Shown here: positions 19,501 through 28,957 of the stretch, in pieces
How the letters are laid out: the number at the start of each line of letters is the position of its first letter
Position numbering within the stretch: position 1 is the stretch's first letter
IMG/VR virus record: IMGVR_UViG_3300031990_000005
Location: 1-37,480 of that record
Strand: one strand, 5' to 3'
Source: a virus
Taxonomy: Duplodnaviria > Caudoviricetes
Length of the DNA stretch: 37,480 nucleotides
Program-made: the position numbers and the translations under genes
Notes under the pieces: generated by a model
What the model was told of the DNA's origin: nothing
The model's database searches: none
What the model saw: only the letters and a program-made list of their open reading frames with translations

Positions 19501-20628
19501 CTGAAAAAAGCACGCGATGATGCGGCGGCCAACCTGCAATACGCCATCGACCTTGAAGGTTTGGGCCTGCGGACAAAAACGGATGTCCTGCGGTCGACCG
19601 AGGAACTGGCCGTGGCGACACGCCTCTACGACGACGCACTGAAAGACTCGCTGGTCAACATCGACCTCGCCACCCGTGCCAAGACCGCCGGCCTGTCGGT
19701 TACGGAAGCCGCGGCGTCGGCAGAGCAGCGGTTATACGAGCGTTTGGCAGCATCGTCCAAGGCACAGGGCGACAACGCCATGGCGACCTACTACTCGATC
19801 GAGGCCAAGCAGCGGGAGATCAAGCAGATCGAACTGTCAATCCAGATGAAAGCACTGGAGATCGCGGCCGACCGGCAAGCCCTCGAAATCCAGCGCCAGG
19901 CGCTCAGCACCGCCGACCCGCTGTACCAGCAGAAGGTCAAAGAACTCGACATCCGCTTGCAGCTGCTCAAGGTCCAGGAGATCGAGAACTCGTCCAAGCA
20001 GCAGGCGATTCTGGCCCTGCAAAAAGAGATCGAGAACCTGCGTCTGTACGGCGACGAGAAGGGGCGCTCTGCGGACAAGACCAACGCAGACACCAAAGCC
20101 ACGGACAGCAACACAAGCGCCAAGTACCGCAACATCGAGGCCTCCGAAAAGCAGGCCGAAGCCGAGCGCAAGCGCCTGAACGTGGACAAAGACGGCTTCT
20201 CTCTGGACAAGAGTGGCGGCCGCCTTTCGATGGGTGGCGACCTGACCACACTGACCGGGGTGATGAATTTCCTGAAGCAAGCAGGGCTGGACGACACGCA
20301 GGCGAAGCGCGTGGCTGTCGAGTTCAGCGATGGCAAAGGGAACATCCCCTACTTCAGCAACCCGGGGCAGATGAAGTATGGCGGCGCCACCAGCACGATC
20401 AGTCAAGCACTGCTGAAGGCGGCCGAGCGGACGACTTTCGGCGGTGCGAGCGTCGGTGGTGCGAGCGTCGGTGGTGCTGCGGAAGAAACAGCGACAGCGC
20501 GTTCGACCAACGTCACGGTCAACATCGGTGGGCGCACTCAGACCATCGGAGTGGCCAGCCAAGCGGACGCAAACACCCTGGTGAGCGTGCTCCGGGATCT
20601 TGAAAACCAAAGCGGTACATCGATATGA
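16552..20628 (+). CDS. Tail tape measure protein
   Basis: 1358 aa, Ala-rich and helical; tape-measure domain motif ALGQIASKGVVSMEELRQQLGDAVPGA. Confidence 0.92.
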   Translation: MATGSTRDVKMVLSVESLGQENITKLQQALRDLAATGGAGTAEFAELADQIGRLGDQGAALQSFKSLSAETDALREKQAAAGAQAEALASKLDLARTAADRVKDSQAAARLALVAGEKAYVDAGNALRSLKAEYDNAGKQSAEYRSKLQSLVAQQGVARTALVDLKEANRQANIEVSAAVGAQSKAEAAYKRAAAQYDAAGSAVEKQVVAFKQAGNAAQELGVDVTDLALAESKLLATFSAGTTTLETRRQAVAEMAEADRLAAIESRTLADVYKRGEAALQAETLAQRDAERAVQAYTAAKNKATADAAAWQQEADDIVAMAEAQQRARAETERLVASLNELNSVAAFEKQAREAQKMVQAVSYVRFWEQALDDADRKQNELAAGAAKLNAAFQQIDSRSIEQVKAEIDQTTAAMRDLADSGRLTGGVLAVAMERGQAKINALQREARELAGSLTLADRAAGLLKNSLGQIALGNIIADGVGYMVEKVKELGRAFIAVTLQTESARKALTAIYKDAGTAGAQMVFLRSTAIGAGVSIAKITDDFVKFSAATKGANIPVEQSNALFQSLTRAASSLGLGAEKTSLALNALGQIASKGVVSMEELRQQLGDAVPGALSLTAKGLNITDGELIKLVESGQLAARDFFPAFTEGLKTMQGETDGVRQTWERFKNVLTLGAVASEANGSISLLAGAFKVLGGTVTTIVIGLSVLQEGLLAAGRAALLFYETLRGNGKEAFGFFIEESDKMVGRLTEQANAFNAMLDPSKENLARLEATAAANAKVAGTTAGVTTALQVNTAALAANATQAARTEAGALALAKANSITQSSALGLAEQWVKLNVEMVKLASQQEANVVVSEKLAKAAELEGVAAVRLAKLKGDEVGVLQANAEAATRNSEALARVALARESESAVLRVQASEMVKLAIAQDGSTASRAAEIKAITDKVEKLDAEAQAARNAAEAARIESKERELSVKLYEDNSAAVGKLKKARDDAAANLQYAIDLEGLGLRTKTDVLRSTEELAVATRLYDDALKDSLVNIDLATRAKTAGLSVTEAAASAEQRLYERLAASSKAQGDNAMATYYSIEAKQREIKQIELSIQMKALEIAADRQALEIQRQALSTADPLYQQKVKELDIRLQLLKVQEIENSSKQQAILALQKEIENLRLYGDEKGRSADKTNADTKATDSNTSAKYRNIEASEKQAEAERKRLNVDKDGFSLDKSGGRLSMGGDLTTLTGVMNFLKQAGLDDTQAKRVAVEFSDGKGNIPYFSNPGQMKYGGATSTISQALLKAAERTTFGGASVGGASVGGAAEETATARSTNVTVNIGGRTQTIGVASQADANTLVSVLRDLENQSGTSI

Positions 20629-21020
20629 GCATCACAATTTCAGACGGAACCACCACGCTCGACCTCAACGCAGACCTGCGGTGGACAGACGAGGACAACT
20701 GGCACCCGGTCCAGCAGGCTGTTCAGCGCACGCTGACGGGCGCCTTGGACATCCAGTCCGCAGCGATGGTCAAAGGGCGACCCATCACGCTGGAGCCCGA
20801 GAACGATGACAGCGCCTGGCTGACGTCAAGCACCGTTGTGCAATTGCGAAACTGGGCCGCAGTCCCCGGGCAAGTCCTGACTCTTACACTGCGTGGTGTG
20901 TCGCAATCTGTGATATTTCGGCACCAGGATGGCGGCTTTGAGGCCCGTCCAGTCGTTCACTACCGGGATCGTCAGCCGGGCGACTTCTACCTTTGCGTCA
21001 TCCGGCTAATGGAGATTTAA
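20625..21020 (+). CDS. Distal tail-like protein
   Basis: 131 aa right after TMP; DLRWTDEDNWHPV...RTLTGAL...GRPITL pattern. Confidence 0.7.
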   Translation: MSITISDGTTTLDLNADLRWTDEDNWHPVQQAVQRTLTGALDIQSAAMVKGRPITLEPENDDSAWLTSSTVVQLRNWAAVPGQVLTLTLRGVSQSVIFRHQDGGFEARPVVHYRDRQPGDFYLCVIRLMEI

Positions 21021-21023
21021 GAC

Positions 21024-24000
21024 ATGCCCATCCTCTCCGACGACATCAAACTGCTGAAGTCTGCCGTCATGGCCGACGTGCCCGAAGGCGGCGGCGCCAT
21101 GACCGGCAACGAGGTGCTGGACGGCCTGAGCAACAACCTGTTCCCGGACACGAGCACCGACGACCGCGCCGCCGGCCGCGTGAACTTCCGCAAGGTGTTC
21201 GGCGTGGCACACACGAACGACACCGACACGCTGCTCGGCGCATCTTTCGCCGTGCTCGCACCCCCGGCCGACCCACTGGTGCACGTGACGCTGTTCGAGA
21301 CGCCCGGCTGGGCCGACGAGCGCGACACCGCGCGCGAGTTGGTGGAGCGCTACCTGGTCAAAGGCCCTCGGTTCGCCTCGCGCATTCTGGACACGCACTA
21401 CACAGGCTCGCTGCTGCTGCAGATGTACCAGGTGGGCGGCACCAACTTCCCAGCCGCTGGTGATGCGATCGTGCTGCGCAACCCGAACGGACAAGAGCAG
21501 TACGTGCGGGTCATCAAAGTCACCGTGTCTTCGCCCACGTTCAACGTGAGCGAGGGTGGCAATGTGGTGAGCGTGGGCACCAATGTGGCCGTTTGCGAGC
21601 TGGGTCAACCGCTGGCGTTTGACGTGCTGGGTCCACCAGTGGCACGAGTCATCAACGAAGGCAACAACTACGCTGTGCCATTCAGCACCAGCGTGGCTGC
21701 CGGCGTGGCGTTCTATGGCGTCAAGCCGCTGGACCAACCGGCCGCGATCGGTGACCGCTCCGTCTTTGCGGACGGCGGTATCTACAGCCCCATCGTGCCC
21801 GCCGCCACCGTGGAGCAGCCGCTGATCGACCTGCAGCCACTCACCCGTCGCCAGTCTCTGAGCCCCACGGCGGTGGCCGCGCTCACGCTACCCGCGCAAA
21901 GCATCAACCTGCAGCCGGGCGTGGTGTTGGCGCTGCCAGTACCGGTGCAGCCAGGCAGTCTGACCATCACCCGTGACGGCACTGTTTTCAACGACAACGG
22001 CGACGGATCGCTGCTGCAAGGCACCACCGTGGTGGGCCTGGTGGACTACCGGGGCCGCACCATCACGATGGAGGCAGGCTCGCCGAGCTACGGCACCGTC
22101 AGCACCGTGGTGGCGTATCTGCCTGCCACGCCGGTGGGTGCCAGCACGCACAGCACCAGCACGACGGTGACCACGGCAAACCAGGGGCAGGCTTTCACCG
22201 CCGCGTTTGAGCCTGTACCGGCCCCGGGCACCTTCACCCTGAGCTACATGGCCCAGGGACGGTGGTACGACCTGCTGGACAACGGCAACGGCAAACTGGC
22301 AGGCGCCGACCCCAGCTACGGCACCGGCACCATCAACTACAGCAGCGGCAGCGTGGCCTTCACGCTCGGGGCGATCCCCGACGTGGGCAGCGAAATCTTG
22401 TACTCGTGGGGAGACAAGAGCAGCGCCATTGCAGTACCTCCCGGCGATCTGCCGGCGCAGCTGGAAGGCGTGATCCAGCTGGATCCACGGCTCAGGCCCG
22501 AGACCCTGGTGCTGAGCTGGACCACCGGCGGCACGCCGCGCACCGCCACCTGCAACGCAGAGGGTGTGATCAGCGGTCACGCCACGGGCACCTGTACCGG
22601 TGGCCGGGTGGTGTTTTCACCGGGCAGCGCGCCGGGCACCGTGGTGTCTTGCGCGTACACCCGCGCGGCAGCGCAACAGTCCGGCGGTGCCAGCTTCACC
22701 AACAACGGCGGGGGTAGCTACACCGCCGCCGTCACCCCGGTGGTGCCAGGCACGCTGCGCATGACGGTGCTGCCCACACCTGTGGCTGACGCCGATCTGC
22801 CCGTGAGCATCGACGTGTATGACAACGGTGCGGGGGTGCTGCTCAGCCGCACCGAAGGCATCACCGGCGCGCTGGGCACGGTGGACTACGCCACCGGCGC
22901 GATCGCACTGAGCCCGACGGTGTCGGCCCGTGTGTGGCGCAGGCAAGCCGTGAGCCGCAACGTGGGCTCGGTGGGTGGCAGCCGCGTGACGGTGTTTACC
23001 GAACGGCAGCTGTACCCGGTGTCGGTCATCGGCCTGATCAACGGCACGGCGGTGGTCAATGGGTTCGGCTCGGGTGTCGACACCGCAGAGACCGAACTGC
23101 GCACGCCCAGCTGGGGCGCGCAGGTCAAGACGCTGGCCGGGCTGAGCATGTCCATCAGCGGGTTGGCGTTTGTGCAAGGTGGTCAGGTCTACACGGCACA
23201 GGGTGGCGTGTTGCAGGCAGGCTGGAACCTGATCACTGGCGTGGGCGCTGCTGCAGGCTCGGTCAGCAGCAGCGGTGCCGTCAATTTGACAACGGCCCCA
23301 CCTGGTGGTCAGAGCGGCGCCATCACCTGGATCAACGCCGCCCAGGACACCGCAGGCAATGACGTCGGGCAGGGCGTGTTCCGTGTCGAGACGGCCCCCA
23401 TCAAAACCGGCGTGTTCCAGATCCAGTCGGGCGCGCTGGTGGGCAGCAGCAACAACGCCGGTGTGATCAGTGGCGGCGGTTGGTCTGGCACGGTGGACTT
23501 TGCCCGCGGCATCGTCAACTGGAACCGCCTGGGCGGCCTCACCGGCGCGCCAGCGAGCTACGCCGAATGGCAGGCGCTCAACCCGGTGGCCGCCGACACG
23601 CTGACCTACAACGCCGTGTTTTTGCAGTACCTGCCGCTGGACGGCAGCCTGCTGGGCCTGGAGACCGCCCGCCTGCCGCTGGACGGCCGGGTGCCGATCT
23701 ACCGGCCCGGGGGCCAGGTGATCGTGCACAACACGCTCACCACCACGCTGCCGAGCATCCCTGTGCGTGGCCAGGCCTACAGCCTGGGCCGCCAGCGCAT
23801 CGCGGCTGTGACCGTGCGCAGCGCCAGCGGTGTGCGTGTGCCGGGCGACCGGTACACCGTGCAGTTCAACGACGGCACGATCACCATCCCCGCTGGCGCC
23901 AACCTGGTGGGCATCGACCAGCCCATGACGGTGCACCACCGCATTGAAGACGAGTTGATGGTGCTGCGCGCCGACATTTCCGGGCGGCTTGACCTGGTGG

Positions 24001-24515
24001 CCGGGCTCACACACAACTACCCGGCGGGCACCAGCTTCGTGAGCAGCAAGCTGCGCAAGGGCGATCTGTTTGCCCGCACCTTCGGCTACCGCGAGCGCAG
24101 CACCTGGGCAAACAGCTGGCAAGCCACCGCCGATGCCACCGCTCAGCCCACCGCCAGTTTCAACGAGACGAACTTCCCCATCACGGTCACCAACCGGGGC
24201 GCCATCGCCGAGCGCTGGGCCGTCATCTTCACGGCCGCCACGGTGGTTCGTGTGGTGGGCGAAGAGACCGGCCAGGTGCTGACCGGCGTATCCATCACCG
24301 GGACCATCGAGGCGATCAACCCCGAGACCAACGCGCCTTATTTCTCCATCAACCCGCTGGGCTGGGGCGGCGGCTGGGCGGTGGGCAACGTGCTGCTGTT
24401 CGAAACCGCAGCGTGTGGTGCCCCCACGTGGGTGGCGCGCACGGTGTTGCAGGGTCCGCCAACGGTGGCCAGCGACTCCGCTGTGATCGCTTTCCGCGCC
24501 GACGTAGACGCCTGA
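21024..24515 (+). CDS. Large tail tip/baseplate protein
   Basis: 1163 aa. MPILSDDIKLLKS...NNLFPD start; repeated DNGxG..GTVDYxTG units; ERWAVIFT near the C-terminus. Confidence 0.8.
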   Translation: MPILSDDIKLLKSAVMADVPEGGGAMTGNEVLDGLSNNLFPDTSTDDRAAGRVNFRKVFGVAHTNDTDTLLGASFAVLAPPADPLVHVTLFETPGWADERDTARELVERYLVKGPRFASRILDTHYTGSLLLQMYQVGGTNFPAAGDAIVLRNPNGQEQYVRVIKVTVSSPTFNVSEGGNVVSVGTNVAVCELGQPLAFDVLGPPVARVINEGNNYAVPFSTSVAAGVAFYGVKPLDQPAAIGDRSVFADGGIYSPIVPAATVEQPLIDLQPLTRRQSLSPTAVAALTLPAQSINLQPGVVLALPVPVQPGSLTITRDGTVFNDNGDGSLLQGTTVVGLVDYRGRTITMEAGSPSYGTVSTVVAYLPATPVGASTHSTSTTVTTANQGQAFTAAFEPVPAPGTFTLSYMAQGRWYDLLDNGNGKLAGADPSYGTGTINYSSGSVAFTLGAIPDVGSEILYSWGDKSSAIAVPPGDLPAQLEGVIQLDPRLRPETLVLSWTTGGTPRTATCNAEGVISGHATGTCTGGRVVFSPGSAPGTVVSCAYTRAAAQQSGGASFTNNGGGSYTAAVTPVVPGTLRMTVLPTPVADADLPVSIDVYDNGAGVLLSRTEGITGALGTVDYATGAIALSPTVSARVWRRQAVSRNVGSVGGSRVTVFTERQLYPVSVIGLINGTAVVNGFGSGVDTAETELRTPSWGAQVKTLAGLSMSISGLAFVQGGQVYTAQGGVLQAGWNLITGVGAAAGSVSSSGAVNLTTAPPGGQSGAITWINAAQDTAGNDVGQGVFRVETAPIKTGVFQIQSGALVGSSNNAGVISGGGWSGTVDFARGIVNWNRLGGLTGAPASYAEWQALNPVAADTLTYNAVFLQYLPLDGSLLGLETARLPLDGRVPIYRPGGQVIVHNTLTTTLPSIPVRGQAYSLGRQRIAAVTVRSASGVRVPGDRYTVQFNDGTITIPAGANLVGIDQPMTVHHRIEDELMVLRADISGRLDLVAGLTHNYPAGTSFVSSKLRKGDLFARTFGYRERSTWANSWQATADATAQPTASFNETNFPITVTNRGAIAERWAVIFTAATVVRVVGEETGQVLTGVSITGTIEAINPETNAPYFSINPLGWGGGWAVGNVLLFETAACGAPTWVARTVLQGPPTVASDSAVIAFRADVDA

Positions 24516-24532
24516 CCTCACCGATCAACACC

Positions 24533-25702
24533 ATGACACAGCCCATCTGGTATGACAGCACCGAAGCCGGTGCCCCAACGCTCAACAACGCCGCTGGCAG
24601 TTTGCTGGAGGTGCTGCGCGCCTGCCTGGTGAACGGCTTCAACGCCCGCGCGGTCACCAGCATCGCCGTGGTCTCGGGCGTGGCCACGGCCACGGCTGCA
24701 GCGCACGGCTTCCGGGCTGGCTTCGGCAAGCTGGTGCTGATCAGCGGGGCGCCGGTGGCCGCGCTCAACGGCCGCAAACAGCCGAGCAACGTGCTCACCA
24801 ACAGCTTCACGTTCCCCGCCCCGGGCGTGGCCGACGGCACCTACACAGGCACCATCAGTGCGCGCCGCGCACCGCTGGGCTGGGCCGAGCCTTACAACGC
24901 AGGCAACGTGAGCATCTTTGCACGCACAGTCCAAGAGTCGACGGCGATGATGCTTAGGGTGAACGACAGCCATGTCGCACCCAGCACCATCAACGATGCG
25001 CGGGTGTTGATGGTCGAGTCGGCGACGAGCACCCTGGACTTTGTGAACCAGTCACCAACAGCGGCGCAGATTTCTGGCGGTTTGCGATGGTTCAAGGGTC
25101 AAGACAGCGCCACCGCCAAGATGTGGGCTGTCTTCGGTGACGATAGGCTGTTTTTCATCGTTCTTCCCAACGTCAACGGCGGTGGTTCTCTTTTTACGTA
25201 CGCGATCCATGCGTTCGGTGACCCGCTCGCCGTGAAGACTCCCGATCCTTTTTTATGCTTACTAGCGGGCGCCACGCAGTCGGTGACAGCTGGGAGTATC
25301 TCCAATCGGCTCGGCACGCGCAACGGCATCAACGCTGGCACAACAGACCCACACACCGTTTTGGCCAGGAGTTTTTCCGGGTTTAATTTTTCTCGCCCAT
25401 GCGAAACGTGCTCGATTGGCGCCGGTGGTGTACCTTTTGGGTCCGTCACCCAAGGCGACCCTGACTTGTCTGACTTTTTACTGACAGGCCCGGCGCTACT
25501 GATTGAACAAGGCACAACGGTGCGGGCGACATTGCCCGGACTTGTGGATCCAACTGCCCGCGCTCCATTCCAGGCGCTCCCCCAGTTTGCGCTTATCCAA
25601 TCTGTATCTGGTACAGATCGGCGATTCGTCAGTGTGTTGTTTCGCTCCACCGGCGGCAGCGAGGGTAATGCACTTATTGATGTGAGCGGACCATGGCGGT
25701 GA
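24533..25702 (+). CDS. Tail fiber/receptor-binding-like protein
   Basis: From ATG24533. GAPTLNNAAGSLLEVLRACLVNGF N-terminus, APLGW motif, IDVSGPWR end; compositionally distinct C-terminal part. Confidence 0.75.
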   Translation: MTQPIWYDSTEAGAPTLNNAAGSLLEVLRACLVNGFNARAVTSIAVVSGVATATAAAHGFRAGFGKLVLISGAPVAALNGRKQPSNVLTNSFTFPAPGVADGTYTGTISARRAPLGWAEPYNAGNVSIFARTVQESTAMMLRVNDSHVAPSTINDARVLMVESATSTLDFVNQSPTAAQISGGLRWFKGQDSATAKMWAVFGDDRLFFIVLPNVNGGGSLFTYAIHAFGDPLAVKTPDPFLCLLAGATQSVTAGSISNRLGTRNGINAGTTDPHTVLARSFSGFNFSRPCETCSIGAGGVPFGSVTQGDPDLSDFLLTGPALLIEQGTTVRATLPGLVDPTARAPFQALPQFALIQSVSGTDRRFVSVLFRSTGGSEGNALIDVSGPWR

Positions 25703-25998
25703 TCTACATCGCGCGCGCGCCGGTTGTCGTCTTTTCTGAGCTTTTCGACGGTGGGGCGTTTCGACTAACGGGCACCACCTCCAACACCGGATCGCCCACG
25801 GTGCCGGTACGCCGCCGGGTGCGCCTGCACGACCAGACCAGCGGGCGGGCGATTCGCGAGGTGTGGAGCGACGCCGCCACCGGCGCCTACAGCTTCGACA
25901 ACATCCGCCAGAGCACCTACTACGTGACGGCGTTTGACCATACCGGCCAGTACGGCGGCGTGATCGAGACCGACCTGACGCCGGAGCCGATGCCATGA
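25693..25998 (+). CDS. Tail-associated hypothetical protein
   Basis: 101 aa; PVRRRVRLHDQTSGRAIREVWSD..TGAYSF pattern; overlaps both neighbours. Confidence 0.65.
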   Translation: MAVIYIARAPVVVFSELFDGGAFRLTGTTSNTGSPTVPVRRRVRLHDQTSGRAIREVWSDAATGAYSFDNIRQSTYYVTAFDHTGQYGGVIETDLTPEPMP

Positions 25999-26405
25999 GC
26001 CTTTCGCTGGCCACGCGCCGCGCCCGCTTGCTCGCCGTGCGCGATCGCATCGACGCTGAAGGCGGCGGCGCGCTGCACCTGCACGGCGGCAGCATGGTGG
26101 CCAGCCCCGAGACGCCACCCCCCGCTGCACCGCTGGTGATCGTGGCGCTTGCCCCGGTGAGCTTTGCCCTGCACCCCACCGCTGCCCAGATGGACCTGGT
26201 GCCCGCTCAGGGCTTTGCCGCGCTGGCCGGGCAGATCACCTGGGGCCGCTACGTGGACGGCGTTGGCAACCCGGTGTACGACTGCACCGCAGGCCCGCCG
26301 GGCAGCGGTGCGGAGCTGATCGTGACGGACGGCGCCACGCCACCCACCGCGCAGGTGTTCACCGGCGGTGAAGTCAACGTCACGCACACCCTCACCGAAC
26401 CCTGA
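25995..26405 (+). CDS. Tail-associated hypothetical protein
   Basis: 136 aa, ATGA overlap with the previous gene. Confidence 0.65.
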   Translation: MSLSLATRRARLLAVRDRIDAEGGGALHLHGGSMVASPETPPPAAPLVIVALAPVSFALHPTAAQMDLVPAQGFAALAGQITWGRYVDGVGNPVYDCTAGPPGSGAELIVTDGATPPTAQVFTGGEVNVTHTLTEP

Positions 26406-26421
26406 TTCGAGTCCCCAAGCC

Positions 26422-28254
26422 GTGGCCGACTTGATCTTTTCCCGCCCCCGCCACGCTGGCGGCCCGGTCAACCTGGTGTTTGGTGCCGGGCCGGTGGTGG
26501 TGGTGCCGGATCCTGTCACCGTCAGCGGCACGAGCGTGCTGGGTGGCGTGAGCGGCTTTGGCCTGGTGCAGTATGACAACCGCAACCCCCGCCGCGCCAG
26601 CACCGTAGCCCGCGCGCCGCACCAGGTGGCGGCCCGAGCGTTGGGGCAGCTGGGTACCGGCTGGGGCCTCAGTGCCCGCGAGCTGGGCGCCATCAGCATG
26701 CTGTGGCAGCCAGCTGCCAGGGCGCAGCGTGAAACGGGCAGCGCCTGGGCGATCTCTGGCCGGGTGCGCACTGAGGCTTTGGCGCCGTGGCAGCTGGGCC
26801 GGGCTGTGGGTGTGCAGAGCGCCCTGGTGCACCAGGCTGCGCGGTTCGTTGGGCAGCAGGCGGCGGGCGTGTGGCAGACCGCACAAGGCAGGGCTGTGCA
26901 GGCCGCGCTGGTCCACCAGGCGGCGCTGTCTCTGGTGGCGCAGGCAGCAGCACCATGGGGCACCGCAGCCGGCCTGCAAGCCCTGGCCGTGGGCCGGCAC
27001 GGCAGCGGCACCGCACGAGCGGTGCATTTTGTGGCCGTGTGGGAAACCGGCCAGCCTGTGCCGCCCGGCCTTGAGCTGTGGCCAAAACCCACGCCCGACG
27101 GCCCCCCGCTCCGCGTGCCCAGCACCCACCTGGTGTTTGCCTGCCCGCCCGGCTGGCTGGGCAGCGGGCCTGTTAACCTGCTATTCGGGCGGGTGTGCAC
27201 GACGACAGACCCCGAATACCCGCCCGGCGTTGTTGTCGTGCCCATCAGGAGCGTCTACATGACGATCAACAGTTTCTCCCTCATTCGCCTCGACACGGGA
27301 TTCAACATCCCGGCTACCGCGCTGTCGCTGTCTCTGGACGTCGACTCGTGGACCTGGAACTGTTCGTTCTCTGTCCGCGGTGACGCGCTGCCTTTTGTCG
27401 AGCCCAACAGCAACGGAGATCCCGTCATCGCGCAGGCCACGGTCAACGGGACGCCCATCCGCGTGCTGATCGAGAAGATCGGGCGCGAGCGCACGTTCGG
27501 GTCGTCGCAGCTGCGCTGCTCGGGCCGCGGTATCTCGGCCGCGCTCGACGCGCCATACGCCCCTGTGCAAAGTTTCGCGAACGCAGGTGCACGCACTGCG
27601 CGGCAGTTGCTCGACGACATCCTGACGGTCAACGGGCAGCCGATTGGCTGGGGCATCGACAGGTTCGATCCGACAGACTGGTTGGTGCCAGCAGGCGTGT
27701 TCTCGCACACCGGCACCTACATGTCGGCGCTGAACGCCGTGGCTGGATCGGTCGGGGCCTACATCCAGCCGAAAGGCACGACCGATGTGCTCGATGTGCT
27801 GCTGCGCTACCCCACTCCGGCCTGGGCTTGGTCGACCGCGACGCCAGACCTGGTGCTGCCGTCGGCGGTGACGTCGCGCGAAGGCATCGAGTGGGTGGAC
27901 AAGCCCGTCTACAACCGGGTGTTCGTCAGTGGTCAAGAGGGTGGTGTGGCCGGGCGCTACACCCGCACCGGCACCGCAGGCGACTTGCTCGCGCCAGCGG
28001 TTGTCGAGCCGCTGATCACGCACTCCGACGCGGTGCGCCAGCGGGGGCGCGCGATAATCTCCGACACAGGCCGTATCGCAAATGTGACACTGCGCTTGCC
28101 AGTCTTGTCCGAGACGGGGATCATCAAACCCGGCACGATGGTGCGATACACCGACGGCCCCGTTGAGCGCATTGGATTGTCGCGCAGCGTGGCGCTCGAC
28201 GTGGCCATGCCGACCATCTACCAAACCATCGAGGTGGAAACCCATGTCGAGTAA
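26422..28254 (+). CDS. Tail protein (hub-like C-terminus, Trp-periodic repetitive N-terminus)
   Basis: ORF 26368..28254; GTG26422 preferred to avoid overlap. SLSLDVDSWTW and YNRVFVSGQEGGV motifs. Confidence 0.7.
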   Translation: MADLIFSRPRHAGGPVNLVFGAGPVVVVPDPVTVSGTSVLGGVSGFGLVQYDNRNPRRASTVARAPHQVAARALGQLGTGWGLSARELGAISMLWQPAARAQRETGSAWAISGRVRTEALAPWQLGRAVGVQSALVHQAARFVGQQAAGVWQTAQGRAVQAALVHQAALSLVAQAAAPWGTAAGLQALAVGRHGSGTARAVHFVAVWETGQPVPPGLELWPKPTPDGPPLRVPSTHLVFACPPGWLGSGPVNLLFGRVCTTTDPEYPPGVVVVPIRSVYMTINSFSLIRLDTGFNIPATALSLSLDVDSWTWNCSFSVRGDALPFVEPNSNGDPVIAQATVNGTPIRVLIEKIGRERTFGSSQLRCSGRGISAALDAPYAPVQSFANAGARTARQLLDDILTVNGQPIGWGIDRFDPTDWLVPAGVFSHTGTYMSALNAVAGSVGAYIQPKGTTDVLDVLLRYPTPAWAWSTATPDLVLPSAVTSREGIEWVDKPVYNRVFVSGQEGGVAGRYTRTGTAGDLLAPAVVEPLITHSDAVRQRGRAIISDTGRIANVTLRLPVLSETGIIKPGTMVRYTDGPVERIGLSRSVALDVAMPTIYQTIEVETHVE

Positions 28255-28468
28255 CCTGTTCACACGCTTCAAACGGCTGCTGCCCACAACGCCGACACGC
28301 ATCGGCACAGTGACAGCTGTCGATGGCACGGACCTGATCCTGACCGAGGTCGGGGGTGGTGTGGTGCGGGTCGCCGGCGAGGCGACTGTTGGGCAGAAGG
28401 TCTATTTTCGGGGGCGCGTGATGGACAGCCTGGCGCCCACGCTGACCGAAGTGCAGGTCGAAGAATGA
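28244..28468 (+). CDS. Small tail protein
   Basis: From ATG28244 with SD GAGGTGG; MSSNLFTRFKRLLP...IGTVTAV; 74 aa. Confidence 0.65.
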   Translation: MSSNLFTRFKRLLPTTPTRIGTVTAVDGTDLILTEVGGGVVRVAGEATVGQKVYFRGRVMDSLAPTLTEVQVEE

Positions 28469-28956
28469 ACAGCTACATTTTTGCCAGCCTCGGCGCCGCG
28501 ATCATTGCGCTCGGCGTGTGGGTCCAGGCGCTGCGCCTTGAAGTGTCGCGACTGGAGACTGACAAGGCGACGATCGAGGCTGTCGCGCGAACCGCCGAGC
28601 GCGACCACGCCGTGCTGATCGGAGAGCGGCAGAGTCGCCACGCGGCGGCGCAACAACTGAAAGAGGACACCTATGCGAAGGACACCGCGCGTCTGGCACG
28701 CCAGCGCGATACTGAGCGGGCTGCTGCTGTCGGCCTGCGCAACAAGCTCGCCGCCGCCACGGCCAACACAGGAGGCCCAGTTGACGCCGTTGCCTGCGAG
28801 CGTGACCGCAATCGGCTTGACGCCCTCGGCGGCCTGGCAGGAGAAGGCATCGAACTGGTTGTTGAAGCTCGACACCTTCTCGACCAGCGCGACGCCGACG
28901 TGCGCAACCTGCTCGGACAAATAGCCACTGACCGGGCGGCGTGCTCACCTCCGTGA
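28465..28956 (+). CDS. Rz: Inner-membrane spanin (Rz-like)
   Basis: N-terminal TM segment followed by a coiled-coil region; contains an embedded lipoprotein ORF. Confidence 0.8.
   Translation: MNSYIFASLGAAIIALGVWVQALRLEVSRLETDKATIEAVARTAERDHAVLIGERQSRHAAAQQLKEDTYAKDTARLARQRDTERAAAVGLRNKLAAATANTGGPVDAVACERDRNRLDALGGLAGEGIELVVEARHLLDQRDADVRNLLGQIATDRAACSPP
28673..28924 (+). CDS. Rz1: Outer-membrane spanin lipoprotein (Rz1-like), embedded in another frame
   Basis: Signal peptide with lipobox LLSAC followed by Pro-rich TSSPPPRP; fully nested in Rz. Confidence 0.78.
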   Translation: MRRTPRVWHASAILSGLLLSACATSSPPPRPTQEAQLTPLPASVTAIGLTPSAAWQEKASNWLLKLDTFSTSATPTCATCSDK

Positions 28957-28957
28957 T

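Noticed and set aside
24533-25702. Diversity-generating retroelement target in the tail fiber
   Set aside because: No reverse transcriptase and no template/variable repeat pair were seen in the window. One outside the window cannot be excluded.
7712-28329. Long antisense ORFs (7712..9334, 13038..14243, 22617..24521, 25920..27245, 27181..28329)
   Set aside because: They are shadow frames of well-supported + strand genes, expected at high GC3, and have no recognisable motifs.
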